Shown: positions 36,881 to 49,550, counted from the first letter of the stretch. The stretch: DNA of 64,000 nucleotides from Macrostomum lignano (GCA_002269645.1 NIVC01000303.1:503819-567818); one strand, 5' to 3'. Numbers and translations are program-made. The notes: generated by a model not told the origin, from the letters alone.

Positions 36881-37424
36881 ATGTTTTTTATCTAATTACT
36901 AATTAGTCCACTGATTCACTTGCCACTATAGTAGCAATTAGTTTTCGCACTTTGGGTGCCTTTATTGCCTTCTGCTCTCTGATATTTTTGGCGACAGCAC
37001 ACAGTCAAACTTTTGTGCCACACCTTCCCATCGTCTGTCAGAGGTATTAATACGTGCGTAATGTCATTAAAATTAAATAACCATTTTTCCTGTACTTTTT
37101 TCTATACTACGAGTATTTAAAATTTTATATGTGTACATTTGTACACACTTCTATTAAAATTGCAATTGCAGGCATATATTTCAAATTACTAATATGAACC
37201 TGCTGAAGTTAATATTGTTAAATTGCAAAAATTAAATTATTTTGGTTAAAGCAGGCCTCTTACTAATAGCAATTAAGGCTGTGGTTTTACTATCTTCACT
37301 TTAAGTGACATATGAAACACTCCGTTAAACATCATTTTATTTATTTGTTTTTTTATGATCAGTCTCTAAACACTAAATTACACTTATACCAAATCACAAG
37401 CAGTTGCTTTTTAAGCAGCTTATG

Positions 37425-37725
37425 ACCAGATTATAAAGATTGTGTGACCAGATTACAAAGATTGCATGACCAGATTATAAGGATTGCATGACCAGATTAC
37501 AAGGATTGTGTGACCAGATTACATGGATTGTATGACCAGATTACAAGTATTGTATGACCATATTTCAAGGATTGTATGACCAGCTTACAAGGATTCTGTG
37601 ACCAGATTACATGGATTGTATGACCAGATTACAAGGATTGTGTGACCAGATTACAAGGATTGTGTGACCAGATTACAAGGATTGTGTGACCAGATTACAA
37701 GGATTGTGTGACCAGATTACAAGTG
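37425..37725. repeat. 22-bp tandem repeat
   Basis: TGACCAGATTACAAGGATTGTG units. Confidence 0.92.
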
Positions 37726-38509
37726 GTCCCTGGCCAGACTGCAAGTAGTGTATGATCAGATGGCTAGCAAGCAGTTCACATGCATGACCATGCAGATTAG
37801 AATAAGTTGTATGACTCGATTTTAAGAAAATCATGAGCCGCAGATCCTTGCAGACGAATCGCGGTGGTCAGCGAACTTTATACCTTTCTTAGAAGAAAAC
37901 GAGAGATGGATGAGAGGAGAGATGGGATGAGAGAAAAAAGCTGAGATGAGAATGGGATACCTTGAGCATATCGCGGATGGCTTATTATGAAGTTTCCAAC
38001 GACCCGATGCTCGTGTAGTTTGCTGGCCCCTGTAGCACAAGCTCTTGGAACAAGAGTTGTTTTGCATGTAAATTAATTCTCTTGTTTTCTTGTCTTCCGG
38101 CTAAAGAAAGCAATCTGCACAGCTGTCAATGTGGCTTCATCAAGTGAGTGATTAAGTTACATATGCGCCACGCGTTAATATGCTGGATTTGATATTTAAT
38201 CAGAGTCGAAAATTCTAAAGCACTGTAGACACATTGTGCGTTTATAAATTACGTGACTTGTAGATCTACATGTACTTTAGGCTCATGCGAGTTCGTGTCC
38301 TGAGAATATTTGAGAACAAAACTTTGGCTCGTGTCTTTTCAGAGAAGCGCTATCTATATACACTTGATTAAGCTTTATTCTTTATTCGATCCCCCCTAGA
38401 GAGAGAGACTTACGCACTGTAGCTACTTGGCTATGCGAGTTTCTATTACACACTGTCTTCGGCCATCTGGAAGAATTATCAACTTTTGAGTTGTTTTAAA
38501 AGGATCATG

Positions 38510-39925
38510 GGATTAGCGAGGCGCCAGATCAGGGGAATTAGCGAGGCGCCAGATCAGGGGAATTAGCGAGGCGCCAGATCAGGAGGGATTAGCGAGGCGC
38601 CAGATCAGAAGGGATTAGTGAGGCGCCAGATCAGAATGGATTAGCGAGGCGCCAGATCAGAATGGATTAGCGAGGCGCCAGATCAGGAGGGATTAGTGAG
38701 GCGCCAGATCAGGGGAATTAGCGAAGCGCCAGATCAGGGGAATTAGCGAAGCGCCAGATCAGAAGAGATTAGTGAGGCGCCAGATCAGAAGGGATTAGTG
38801 AGGCGCCAGATCAGAAGGGATTAGTGAGGCGCCAGATCAGAATGGATTAGCGAGGCGCCAGATCAGAATGGATTAGCGAGGCGCCAGATCAGGAGGGATT
38901 AGTGAGGCGCCAGATCAGAAGGGATTAGTGAGGCGCCAGATCAGAATGGATTAGCGAGGCGCCAGATCAGGAGGGATTAGTGAGGCGCCAGATCAGAATG
39001 GATTAGCGAGGCGCCAGATCAGGAGGGATTAGTGAGGCGCCAGATCAGAATGGATTAGCGAAGCGCCAGATCAGGAGGGATTAGTGAGGCGCCAGATCAG
39101 AATGGATTAGCGAGGCGCCAGATCAGAATGGATTAGCGAGGCGCCAGATCAGAATGGATTAGTGAGGCGCCAGATCAGAAGGGATTAGTGAGGCGCCAGA
39201 TCAGAATGGATTAGCGAGGCGCCAGATCAGGGGAATTAGCGAGGCGCCAGATCAGGGGAATTAGCGAGGCGCCAGATCAGAAGGGATTAGTGAGGCGCCA
39301 TATCAGAATGGATTAGCGAGGCGCCAGATCAGGAGGGATTAGTGAGGCGCCAGATCAGAATGGATTAGCGAGGCGCCAGATCAGAAGGGATTAGTGAGGC
39401 GCCAGATCAGAATGGATTAGCGAGGCGCCAGATCAGGAGGGATTAGTGAGGCGCCAGATCAGAATGGATTAGCGAGGCGCCAGATCAGAATGGATTAGTG
39501 AGGCGCCAGATCAGAATGGATTAGCGAGGCGCCAGATCAGAATGGATTAGTGAGGCGCCAGATCAGAAGGGATTAGTGAGGCGCCAGATTAGAATGGATT
39601 AGCGAGGCGCCAGATCAGGAGGGATTAGCGAGGCGCCAGATCAGGGGGATTAGCGAGGCGCCAGATCAGGAGTGATTAGTGAGGCACCAGATCAGAAGAG
39701 ATTAGCGAGGCGCCAGATCAGAAGGGATTAGCGAGGCGCCAGATCAGAATGGATTAGCGAGGCGCCAGATCAGAAGAGATTAGCGAGGCGCCAGATCAGA
39801 ATGGATTAGCGAGGCGCCAGATCAGAATGGATTAGCGAGGCGCCAGATCAGAAGAGATTAGCGAGGCGCCAGATCAGAATGGATTAGCGAGGCGCTAGAT
39901 CAGAACGGATTAGCGAGGCGCCAGT
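38510..39925. repeat. 25-26-bp minisatellite with variant units, about 1.4 kb
   Basis: Core TTAG(C/T)GAGGCGCCAGATCAG plus 5-6 variable nt. Confidence 0.96.
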
Positions 39926-40734
39926 GCTTAAGTCGCTAGCATTAGAACCACGGCCTCGATTCGGTAGAATTCCTCATCAACAAGAATACGACTGAGCAGT
40001 GTACGTAGCCCTGTTCTATAGTAGCAGATATTGCCTGCTAAACTAATCGAGTATTTTGTTGCACACCGAAGTGCCCATGCGGAGTCCGGGTTAGCTAGAG
40101 GCTAAGTTAATCATTTTTCTGATCAAGGAGATGTCAGTCTGCATGGCGCATGGTGCGAGAGAGTTGGGCGCGCGAGTGAAGAGTGCAGGATGCTGCCTCG
40201 AGCCGAGGGGCTTGAAGACGGATGAAGGTGACAGTGGAGCCATGGGATTTGCAATTTTATCCCTCTTGATTGTGCTTGGCTGTCTCTTGGCTCCAGAAGC
40301 GATATCTCATCTTGTTATTGAGCTGACTGATGGTATCGATTTGATTGAGGGTGGAACAGTAGTAGCCAGTGCTCACAATAAGACGGCTAACGACCTCGTA
40401 ATGAATGATTGATTACATTAGAGGGTCTTGCAGACAATTGTTTCTTCAGCATACGAGCGTAGTAAATTGACCATGCAGGAGATCAATGTCGGGATATTTT
40501 TCCGAATAATCCGTTGAATAATCAATCAGGCAACGGAAGCCATCGAATATAGCGTGCAGTCTTCCTCTCTTCTTTCGAGTTTCGAGTTTGGCTTCGCTTT
40601 GCACGGCTGTTTCTTAGAATAGCTTGCGGTGTTTCTTTCTTTTAAGTGGATTTAGCCTTAGTTTTGGGGAGTGGCATTGTAGGATTCAGGAGAGCTGGGT
40701 GGACATTCGGGTTGAAATAAATTAAAAAAACGAA

Positions 40735-41015
40735 ACAGAGAAGAAGAGGGAAGGGAAGAGGGGGATGGCGGAAGGGAGAGGGAGAGAAGAGATGAGGGTA
40801 GGAGAGAGTAGAGAAGGAAGTAGAGAAGGAGAAGGAATGAGAGGGAGAGGGAGGGTATGGGGGAGAGGAGAGGAGAGAAAAGGAGAGGGAGATGGTGAGG
40901 GAGTAGAGGGAGAGAGGAAGGAGAGGAGGGTAGGGGGAGAGATGAGAGAAAAGGAGAGGGAGAGAAGAGAGGGAGAGAAGAGAGAAGGAGGGTAGGGGGA
41001 GAGATGAGAGAAGTG
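40735..41015. repeat. Low-complexity GA-rich tract upstream of the iGluR
   Basis: Almost purely G/A on the + strand. Confidence 0.85.
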
Positions 41016-41338
41016 AGAGAGAAGATGATCAGTAGAAGCGGTTGAGATCAGGTATCCGGACAGGGAAGCAGTGCCGGAAATAGGCAAGCAGAGGGACAGG
41101 GAGAGGGCAGAGAGGAGAGTGACCTGGGACACTCGGAGACCGCGCAAAAGCGATAGCAGTGTAGAAGAGAAGAATTCCCAATATTCCAGCCAGCTCCCAG
41201 CGACCGGCAGCCAATGGCCGCTCCGGTTTGAAGGCTGCAAAATCATTAAAAATGAGTTAACTCGATCAGCTCGCTAGCCATGCTGCAACTACAAACTACA
41301 GCTCAGACGAATATCTGTGATTCTACCCAGCAACAGAA

Positions 41339-44300
41339 ATGCTCAGACAGCATTATCTTTGTCTTCTAGCAGCAGTGTCAGCTGTCTGCCTCTGCGCCGC
41401 ATCCGACGCTGTTCTCAAAGCAGGAACGCTGACTCTTGGCGCTGTGTTGCCAAGTCGCAATGCTCAACTTCGTTCAGCATTCTATTTGGCGCTAAAACGG
41501 CGCCAAACAGATCCAAGTGGCGCCGTACAGTGGCGCCTAGCTGTGGTAGACGCTGCCAATCCGATGGAAATCCAGCGAGCAATACGTCGCGAACTTCAAG
41601 ACGTCGCCTGTCTTATAGCTGTAAGCAGCGAGTTGGACTCGATGAGTCACGTTGTTCATCTAGCTAGAAATCTCAGCCTGCCGGTTGTCATGGCAACAGC
41701 AGTAGCCAGCGGAGACGCCGGGGGATTCTACATGCGACCGAGTCTGGCGCCAGAGGCGGCGCTGAAGATTGCGCTGGGATTCGGCTGGCGCCAGGCCGTC
41801 TATCTGGTTAACAGCGCTGACGGTCTGGCCAGGGCTGCTCAGGCGGCTGCCACAGCTGCCCGATCGGGACTCGAACTCCGGACTGTCTACTTGCCGGCGA
41901 CAGAGGTGCCGCTACCCCGACGCTACTTGGATGTGCCAGATCTGGACGGCAAGCACCGAAGGCGGGTGGTGGTGGATCTGGAGCCGGCGGAGCAGCAGGT
42001 GCAACACCTGATGGCATCGCTGAGCGGAGCCGGGCTGAACAGGCGCGAGTTTCACTACCTGCTGCTCGATGGGGCGGCGGCGCAGCTGCCCACGGTGGGG
42101 CTGCTGTACAGCGGGGTGTCCGTGACTGGCCTGCAGCTGCTGGGGCTCGGGAGGCGGGAGGTGAGACATGGACAGATGTTGAGGGGCCAGAGTTCGATGA
42201 GGGCCAACCCCCAAGGCACAGAGAGTCTGACGATTAGAATGTCCGGGCCGTTGCACACCCTGTGTGTGCGAATGTCTGTTTGCGTACTGTATTGGTGCAC
42301 TTGTGTGTGCTCCGGAGTCAGCGGAATGGGTCGAGCTGCCTGACCGCTGGTGATGGGACGATCAAATCTCGGACACAATCCCTAATCCCATATCCGGACA
42401 AAATTCTCAATAGCATCTCGGACACAATCCGTAATCACATCCCGGACACAATACCTAATCACATCCCTGATACAATACCCAATCACATCCCGGACACAAT
42501 CCCCAATCACATCACGGACACAATCCCCAATCACATCCCGGACACAGTCCCCAATCACATCCCGGACACAATCCAAAAATCACATCCCTGATACAATACC
42601 CAATCACATCCCGGACACAATCCCCAATCACATCCCGGACACAATACCCAATCAAATCTCGGACACAATCCTCAATCACGTCCCGGACACAATCCCCAAT
42701 CACACCCCCGGACACAATCCCCAATCACATCCCGGACACTATCCCCAATCACATCCCGGACACAATCCCCAATCACATCCCTGATACAATACCCAATCAC
42801 ATCCCGGACACAATCCCCAATCACATCCCGGACACAATACCCAATCAAATCTCGGACACAATCCTCAATCATGTCCCGGACACAATCCCCAATCACATCC
42901 AAGGACACAATCCCCAATCACATCCCGGACACTATCCCCAATCACATCCCGGACACAATCCCCAATCACATCCCGGACACAATTTCCAATCACATCCCGG
43001 ACACAATACCCAATCAAATCTCGGACACAATACCCAATCATGTCCCGGACACAATCCCCAATCACATCCCTGACACAATACCCAATCACATCCCGGACAC
43101 AATTTCCAATCACATCCCGGACACAATACCCAATCAAATCTCGGACACAATACCCAATCACATCTCGGACACAATCCCCAATCACGTCCCGGACACAATT
43201 TCCAATCAAATCTCGGACACAATGCCTAATCACATCCCGGACACAATCCCCAATCACATCCCGGACACAATCCCCAATCACATCCCGGACACAATCCCCA
43301 ATCACATCCCGGACACAATACCCAATCGCATCTCGGACACAATCCCGGACACAATACCCAATCACATCCCGGACACAATCCCCAATCGCATCTCGGACAC
43401 AATCCCGGACACAATACCCAATCGCATCTCGGACACAATCCCGGACACAATACCCAATCGCATCTCGGACACAATCCCTGACACAATACACAATCGCATC
43501 TCGGACACAATCCCGGACACAATACCCAATCACATCTCGGACACAATCCACAATCACGTCCCGGACACAATCCTTAAACCACCCCCCGGACACTGCAGGT
43601 TCGCGACCTCAAGCGCCGCTGGGAGCTGATCAGTCAGCATGTTGAAACTCAACACCGGCAGCGCGAAGGCCACGGCGGCTCCTCTCCGCTTCCTCCTCCG
43701 TCGCTGCAGATGGTGGCTCTAGTCATGGACTCGGTGACCGCGGCGCTGACAGCAGCGACAGCAGCTCAGCTCGGCCTTAACGCGGCATCGTCGAGAACAA
43801 CAACAGAAGCCAGGAAACGAATGCGGTGGCATCTGGCCAACACCGTTGATTTCGTTGGCTACACCGGCCGAATCACCTTTCGAGGCGGCGGCAGTCAGCG
43901 GAGGACTAGCTTGTCGGTGCCGGTGCTGCAGTTGAACAGCCCGGACGGCTTCCGGCATCTGGACGATTGGCATTCGAACTCGACTTCGCAGCCGATGCAA
44001 CTGTCACCGGACGTTGCTCATGGCGGCGGATTCTTCGATAGCAGCGACAGTGACATCGGTGTCGGCTTCAGGGGGCGCCGGAACCGAACGGCGAAGTCGT
44101 CGCTGCGCTGGCCGAGACTCATCCGGGTGGTGACCATCGAGTCCAGGCCGTTCGTGCAGCCGAAAACTCCATCGTTAGCGACAGCAGCCGATGACGTCGG
44201 TAGCAACGACACCGCACCGTCTGCGTCGCCACGTCGTCTGCCGTTTGAAGGCTTCTGCATGGAGCTGCTGGAGCGAATCGCCGAACGAGTGGGCGGGCTG

Positions 44301-47300
44301 AAGTACTCGGTGCACCTTGTCGGCGACGGTCAGTACGGCGGCAGGAACTCCAGCGCCCCGGCAGCGGCACCGGAGGCGGACAAGTGGAACGGCATGATCG
44401 GCGAGCTGCTTCAAGACACCGCCGATGTCGCCTTTGCGCCGCTGACCATCAACACGGAGCGATCGAAGGTGGTGGACTTCACCGAGCCGTTTCTCACCTT
44501 TGGCATCTCAATTATGATTAAGAAGCCGCGCAAGGAGAAGCCGGGAGTTTTTGGATTCTTGCAGCCGCTGTCTCAGGTGAGGGGGCGTCGTCTGCTGTGC
44601 TGGGCTTTGTCCATGCTCTTTGAGCCCCAGGTTAACTGCCTAGCCGCTTTCTCCAGCCAGTTCTCACTTTTTTAACTTCGCACTTGTTGTCCGTCTTCTC
44701 TGCAAAGATTCTCTGCAAAAGAAATAGGACCTCTACTCGTAGAAACAGAAAACCAATGAGATAATTGTTGAGGGCCAACGTAAGTTATATTTAAATACTT
44801 AACACGTGCATAGTTTTTAATGTGCTTCTATTCAATAAATATCAATTATGAATATACTAGACATAGCAAGATTGTTTAGACAAAGAAGGTCATCTCATGT
44901 TAAAAATTCCATAATAAGAAAACCGCTGATGAACACTCGGTTAGAGGGTTTTTGTTCTCCGGAGTTAAGAATCTCCAGCCCGGAGATCCAACAAAAAAAT
45001 AGAATCTGGTTTAGGATCGCCCGATTGGACCAGACCGGACCATGCCTCGGAGACCCCACAACGGTAACGGATCTCCTATCGCGTAGATCCATAACTGTTT
45101 GTAGGCAATGAAGATCTTAAATCCTTGGATCGGTGACCCAAAGCTAGCCGGAGCCCCGGAGATTTAAAACCGTAACACCGGCGCCAATAAATCAATCACT
45201 CCAGAAACATCACAATTCGATTATTATTCGGCCTGCAGTGAATAAAATTAGGGTGCACTGAACACCTGCAGTCTCCCGTTCGAAACGTCAGCTACCACCA
45301 GCTGTTCACGTAGACCTCCCGTCACCACCGCCAGACCCAGCGGCCTGCTGAATCTGCCGTCTCCGCTGACGCTCTCGCCCGGAGTCCCCAGAGTCCACAG
45401 CAGCGACCCGTCGTCTGCAGCCACCGCTCGCACTGAGTGACCCCGCCATTCACTCACGAACAGGCGGCCTCTGCTGTCGACGGCCACATCATATGGAAAT
45501 TTAAACTGTTGGAGGTCGGAACGCTGAGTCGGGAAGGAGGCGACCAGCTGCTGGGTGTCGATGCGCACTCTGTGCACCTGATTGTGCTTCCAGTCTGTCA
45601 CCAGAATGCAGTTGTCGTGAGTCGCCAGGTTGCGCAGATCAGCATGAGGAAGCTGAGACAGCGTGATGACCGTCTCCATCTGCCAAGTCGCTTTGCTGAA
45701 TGCAGCAATTTTGTTTCCACTGGACACAAACACGAAGGCTACGTTGCTGCCGATTCCACCGATGTCACCGAAGGGCGGAATCGACGCACCGCACGACCGC
45801 TCAGGTCCGTCACTGTCACTGCGTCAGGCTGAGCAATGAACAACAGCTGACGGTCGCAGTGAAGGCCTTCAATGTCCTTCTTCCAGTCGATGTCGCAGTG
45901 GCACCGCAGCTTCCGTGAGCCGTCCACAGACAGCACCAGTAGGTGGATCTAGTTACTTTTTAAATTGAATGATGCAAGGACGCAGGGCTGAGGCAGAGCC
46001 TCGCTGCCGTCTCGCGCTGAGTCGGAGAAAACCACACGGCCTGAGCGGTCACCAACGAATCCGTTGGTGTCGCTGCACACAGCCAGCCATTGAACTGGGC
46101 CATCCAGCTTCACCTCGTGACTGAAGACCATCGGATCGAACAGCAGTCTCTCTCTCTCAGCAGCGTCAATCTCCTCGGATGTCGCGGTCACCGCAGCCTC
46201 TCTCGACCAGTCGCCCTCTTCGCTGCGTCTTGCACAAATGCCGACCAGCCGCTCGAGCTGGCCCAGAAGCCGCAGCTGCACCTCCTCATTGTCGCTCTGT
46301 TCTCTGAGCAGCCGCTCTGACCTCTCAAGGTCGGCCTCCAAGTCTCCAAGCGATTCGTGCATGGACTGGACCAGGCGAAGCAGCTCCGCCATGTCGCCTG
46401 CAGCCTTCGCCGTGGCCACCTCCTGCTTGTAGCTGGAGACGTCCTCGAGGTCCCGCTCGCACACACGCACTGCCTCAAGCACACCTGAGAGCTGGCCCGT
46501 CACCCTGCTACGAAACGAGTCGATGTGTTGCTGTACCAAATCGAATTTGTGATTGACCTCTTGCTGCTGCTGTTGGATGTCGAGAGCGAGACGACGCAGC
46601 GACTCAGCGTCTTGTCGGTGTCGCATCAGCGCTGCACGGCCAGCTGCACCTACTGCGCCCTGTGACTCTAGTGACTCTTGTGACTCTTGTGAGTCTTGTG
46701 AGTCTTGTGACTCTAGTGACTCTTGTGACTCTTGTGACTCTTGTGACTCTTGTGACTCTTGTGACTCTTGTGACTCTTGTGACTCTTGTGACTCTTGTGA
46801 CTCTTGTGAGTAGGCACGCAGCAGCTTGTCGACCTCCTCCTTGAGCTTGAATAGATTGGCCACATCGACACTGAGGTGTTCACTGCACATGTGGCAGCGG
46901 GAGAACGGAGCCACACCGACTGCAGCTTGGTCGCAGATGATGCAGAGAGGAGTTGGGGTAGCGGGAGGCGCGTCCGAACTCGAGCTGTCGCTGGAGTCTC
47001 TGAGGCTCATCTTGTGGGCGATCTGAATAACTGAGAGGGTGGGAGACTCAGGTCAGGTGGGAGACTCAGGTCAGGCGGGAGACAAGACCCATGAGGGAAA
47101 CATCAATTAAGAATGTCCTGCAATCGGATCACTCACACAGGAATGGAGAGATTAGGAATAATCGAGAACAGAATTCAGATAAAAAATAACCAGCTCACCT
47201 TCTGCAATTGCGCAAAGTCAGCTAGGGTGAAGCGCTGGGCTGCTGCAATCTCTAAAGTGGGGGCTCAACAGAGCCACAGTTGCTAATATAATTTAAACCT

Positions 47301-49373
47301 GAGCCCAGCAGCGGCGCTATCAGCAGTTGCCATGGTTGCTAATCTGCGGGACAGTCAGGGAGCAAGCAGAGCCACACTGCGCACAGATAAGGTGATTCGA
47401 TTGCACACAGATTCAAAGCTCTGTGCAGTGTGTATCTCCTTATCTTATATTTGAGCCAAACTCTACCTAAACACTATCTGGGATCTGGGATCTAGGATCT
47501 GGGATCTAGGATCTGGGATCTAGGATCTAGGATCTGGGATCTAGGATCTGGGATCTAGGATCTGGGATCTGGGATCTGGGATCTACATGCTCACATATGC
47601 TGCCCCATCCCTGACCCCAACTGAGCACAGGTGTGGCCCTACATGCTCACATGCGGCGCAGGGGTGATTGCCGGTCTGCACCTGTGCGCCAGACTCAGCC
47701 CTGTTGAGTGGCGCATCACAGACTCCGAGCAGCTGCAGCCCTGCAGTCTTCTGCTTCTGCGAAAGAGGCGCAGAGACTTCTCGCTGTTCAACTCGCTGTG
47801 GTTCGCGCTGGCCTCCATCGTCAACCAGAGTGTAGACATCTCGCCTCGCAGCTCAGGTGCCCGCCTGGTAACCAGCGTGTGGTGGTTCTTCACCCTGATC
47901 ATGATCGCTGACTACACCGCCATCCTGGCCGCCTCCCTGACAGTTGAGCTGCTGCGGACACCCATCGAGAGCTGGCCGGACCTGCTGGGAGCTCACGAGA
48001 CCAGCGGAATGTTGTTTGGCACCATCGCCTCGGGCTCGACTCAGGCCTTCTTTCTGAGCACCAAGATTTGGCCCTACAGCGGCATCGGGGCCGTGATGAG
48101 GAGCAACTCCGATGAGGTGCGGCTTGGGATTGGGGATTTAAGCTTGAGAATTGGGGATTGGGGATTTGGGATTTGAAATTGGGATTTGAGATTGGGATTT
48201 GGGATTGGGGATTTGAGTTGAGTATTCGGGAATGTGGTTGAGTATTTAGGGTTAGCGATTGCGATTTGGGGATTGAAGATTTGAAATTGTATACTTTAAG
48301 TTTTAATACGCTCGTACATTCCTGTGAACACTCCAAAACTCGTGAACACCACCGAGATCCCCGTGAACACCACCGAGATCCCCGTGAACACCATCGAGAT
48401 CTCCGTGAACACCAAAAGAGATACTCGTGAACACCTCGAAATCCCCGTGAACACTCCGAGATCCCCGTGAACACCTCGAAATCCCCGTGAACACTCCGAG
48501 ATCGCCGTGAACACCCAGAGATTCCGTGAACCCGGAGCCCCGCAAACCCGCCCAGGTGTACGCGAGCACCACAGCGGCCGGGGTGCAGCGAGTTCGCGAA
48601 TCCAACGGCCGCTACGCTTTCCTGCTGGAGTCGAAGATGAACGAATTCCACAACAACCGCGACCCCTGCGACACCATGATGGTCGGGCAGCCGTTCGGCG
48701 ACAACGGCTACGGGGTGGCCACCCAGCGCGGCTCGCCGCTCAGAGAGCTCTTCAACGATGCCATCCTGCAGCTGAGGGAGCAGCAGGTGCTGGCCGAGCT
48801 GTACAAGAAGTGGTGGATTGAGAAGGTAAAGGTCGGGAGTTCGAGTCCGAGATCTTGAGTACACCTGGCTGTACACAAATTAAAGAAATCAAATTCTACA
48901 TGTACTTAGGGCACTACATGCAATTTGCACCCATGAGAGGCCTGTGATGGGAGCACCGGTTTCCGTTGGCTGCTCCCCAGGGGTCAAGCAGTGATTGACT
49001 GCCCTTCCGCCTCAGCTCCCCTGAACCCTCAGCTACGGCATTCTTTGGGTCCAGTCTCGCACAGGGCCGGAGTTCGAACCCCGCTACTGCCAGCAATTGT
49101 CCCGAGCTCGAACCTCGCTACCACCCACAGGGCCAGTGCGCCACCGACGACTCTGACTCGAGCGACGCCGGCCAGTCGCCGCTGGCAGTCGTTAATGTGG
49201 CCGGTGTGTTCTACATCCTGGTGGCCGGTCTGGGCGCTGCGATGGCGGCGGCGCTGGTCGAGTCCGCGTGCGCCGCGGCGATGCGGCGGCGGAGAAATCG
49301 GCGACTGAGGCGGCGGCCGGAGATGGTGGCCGGCTGCGTCGGGGCGACATCGGCGGCTGGCGTCATCATGTAG
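41339..49373 (+). CDS. Ionotropic glutamate receptor, AMPA/kainate-like, about 930 aa; exons 41339-42160, 43599-44576, 47631-48116, 48556-48825, 49131-49373
   Basis: Signal peptide + ATD; S1 ([36 protein letters not shown]); M1-M3; S2 ([27 protein letters not shown]); M4 (NVAGVFYIL); all introns phase 0 GT-AG. Confidence 0.9.
42360..43590. repeat. 24-bp minisatellite in iGluR intron 1
   Basis: CCAATCACATCCCGGACACAATCC units. Confidence 0.96.
45248..47010 (-). pseudogene. Zn-finger(B-box-like)/coiled-coil/NHL-repeat gene, copy A, nested antisense in iGluR intron 2; in-frame TAG plus frameshift
   Basis: CIIC..CHMCSEH, (ESQ)n, coiled coil, NHL blades ([38 protein letters not shown]). Functional status unresolved. 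Confidence 0.7.
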
Positions 49374-49379
49374 CTCTTG

Positions 49380-49550
49380 GGGAGTTTGAGTAGCAGTTTG
49401 AGTAGCAGTTTGAGTAGCAGTTTGAGCAGCAGTTCGAGCAGTAGTTTGAGCACAGTTTGAGCAGCAGTTTGAGTAGCAGTTTTAGCAGCAGTTTGAGTAG
49501 CTGTTTGAGTTGCAGTTTGAGTAGCAGTTTTAGCAGCAGTTTGAGCACAA
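49380..49550. repeat. 12-bp repeat just after the iGluR stop (also 55465-55635)
   Basis: AGCAGTTTGAGT units. Confidence 0.9.

Noticed and set aside
38510-39925. CRISPR-like appearance of this array and of the 34-bp arrays
   Set aside because: Variable parts are 0-6 nt and recur, so there are no unique spacers; no cas genes; eukaryotic context
40131-41260. Hydrophobic short ORFs (40131-40412 +, 41029-41214 -) as secreted-protein exons
   Set aside because: No recognisable family motif or consistent exon chain; needs RNA evidence
47325-47345. RFX X-box (GTTGCCATGGTTGC) upstream of NHL copy A
   Set aside because: Only one half-site matches the consensus; not distinguishable from chance
47899-48876. 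325-aa - strand ORF (and its duplicate at 53985-54962)
   Set aside because: Antisense shadow of GC-rich iGluR exons plus intron repeats
49030-49095. tRNA or SINE (GTTCGAACCC B-box-like motif)
   Set aside because: No cloverleaf or A-box could be built; at most a decayed fragment
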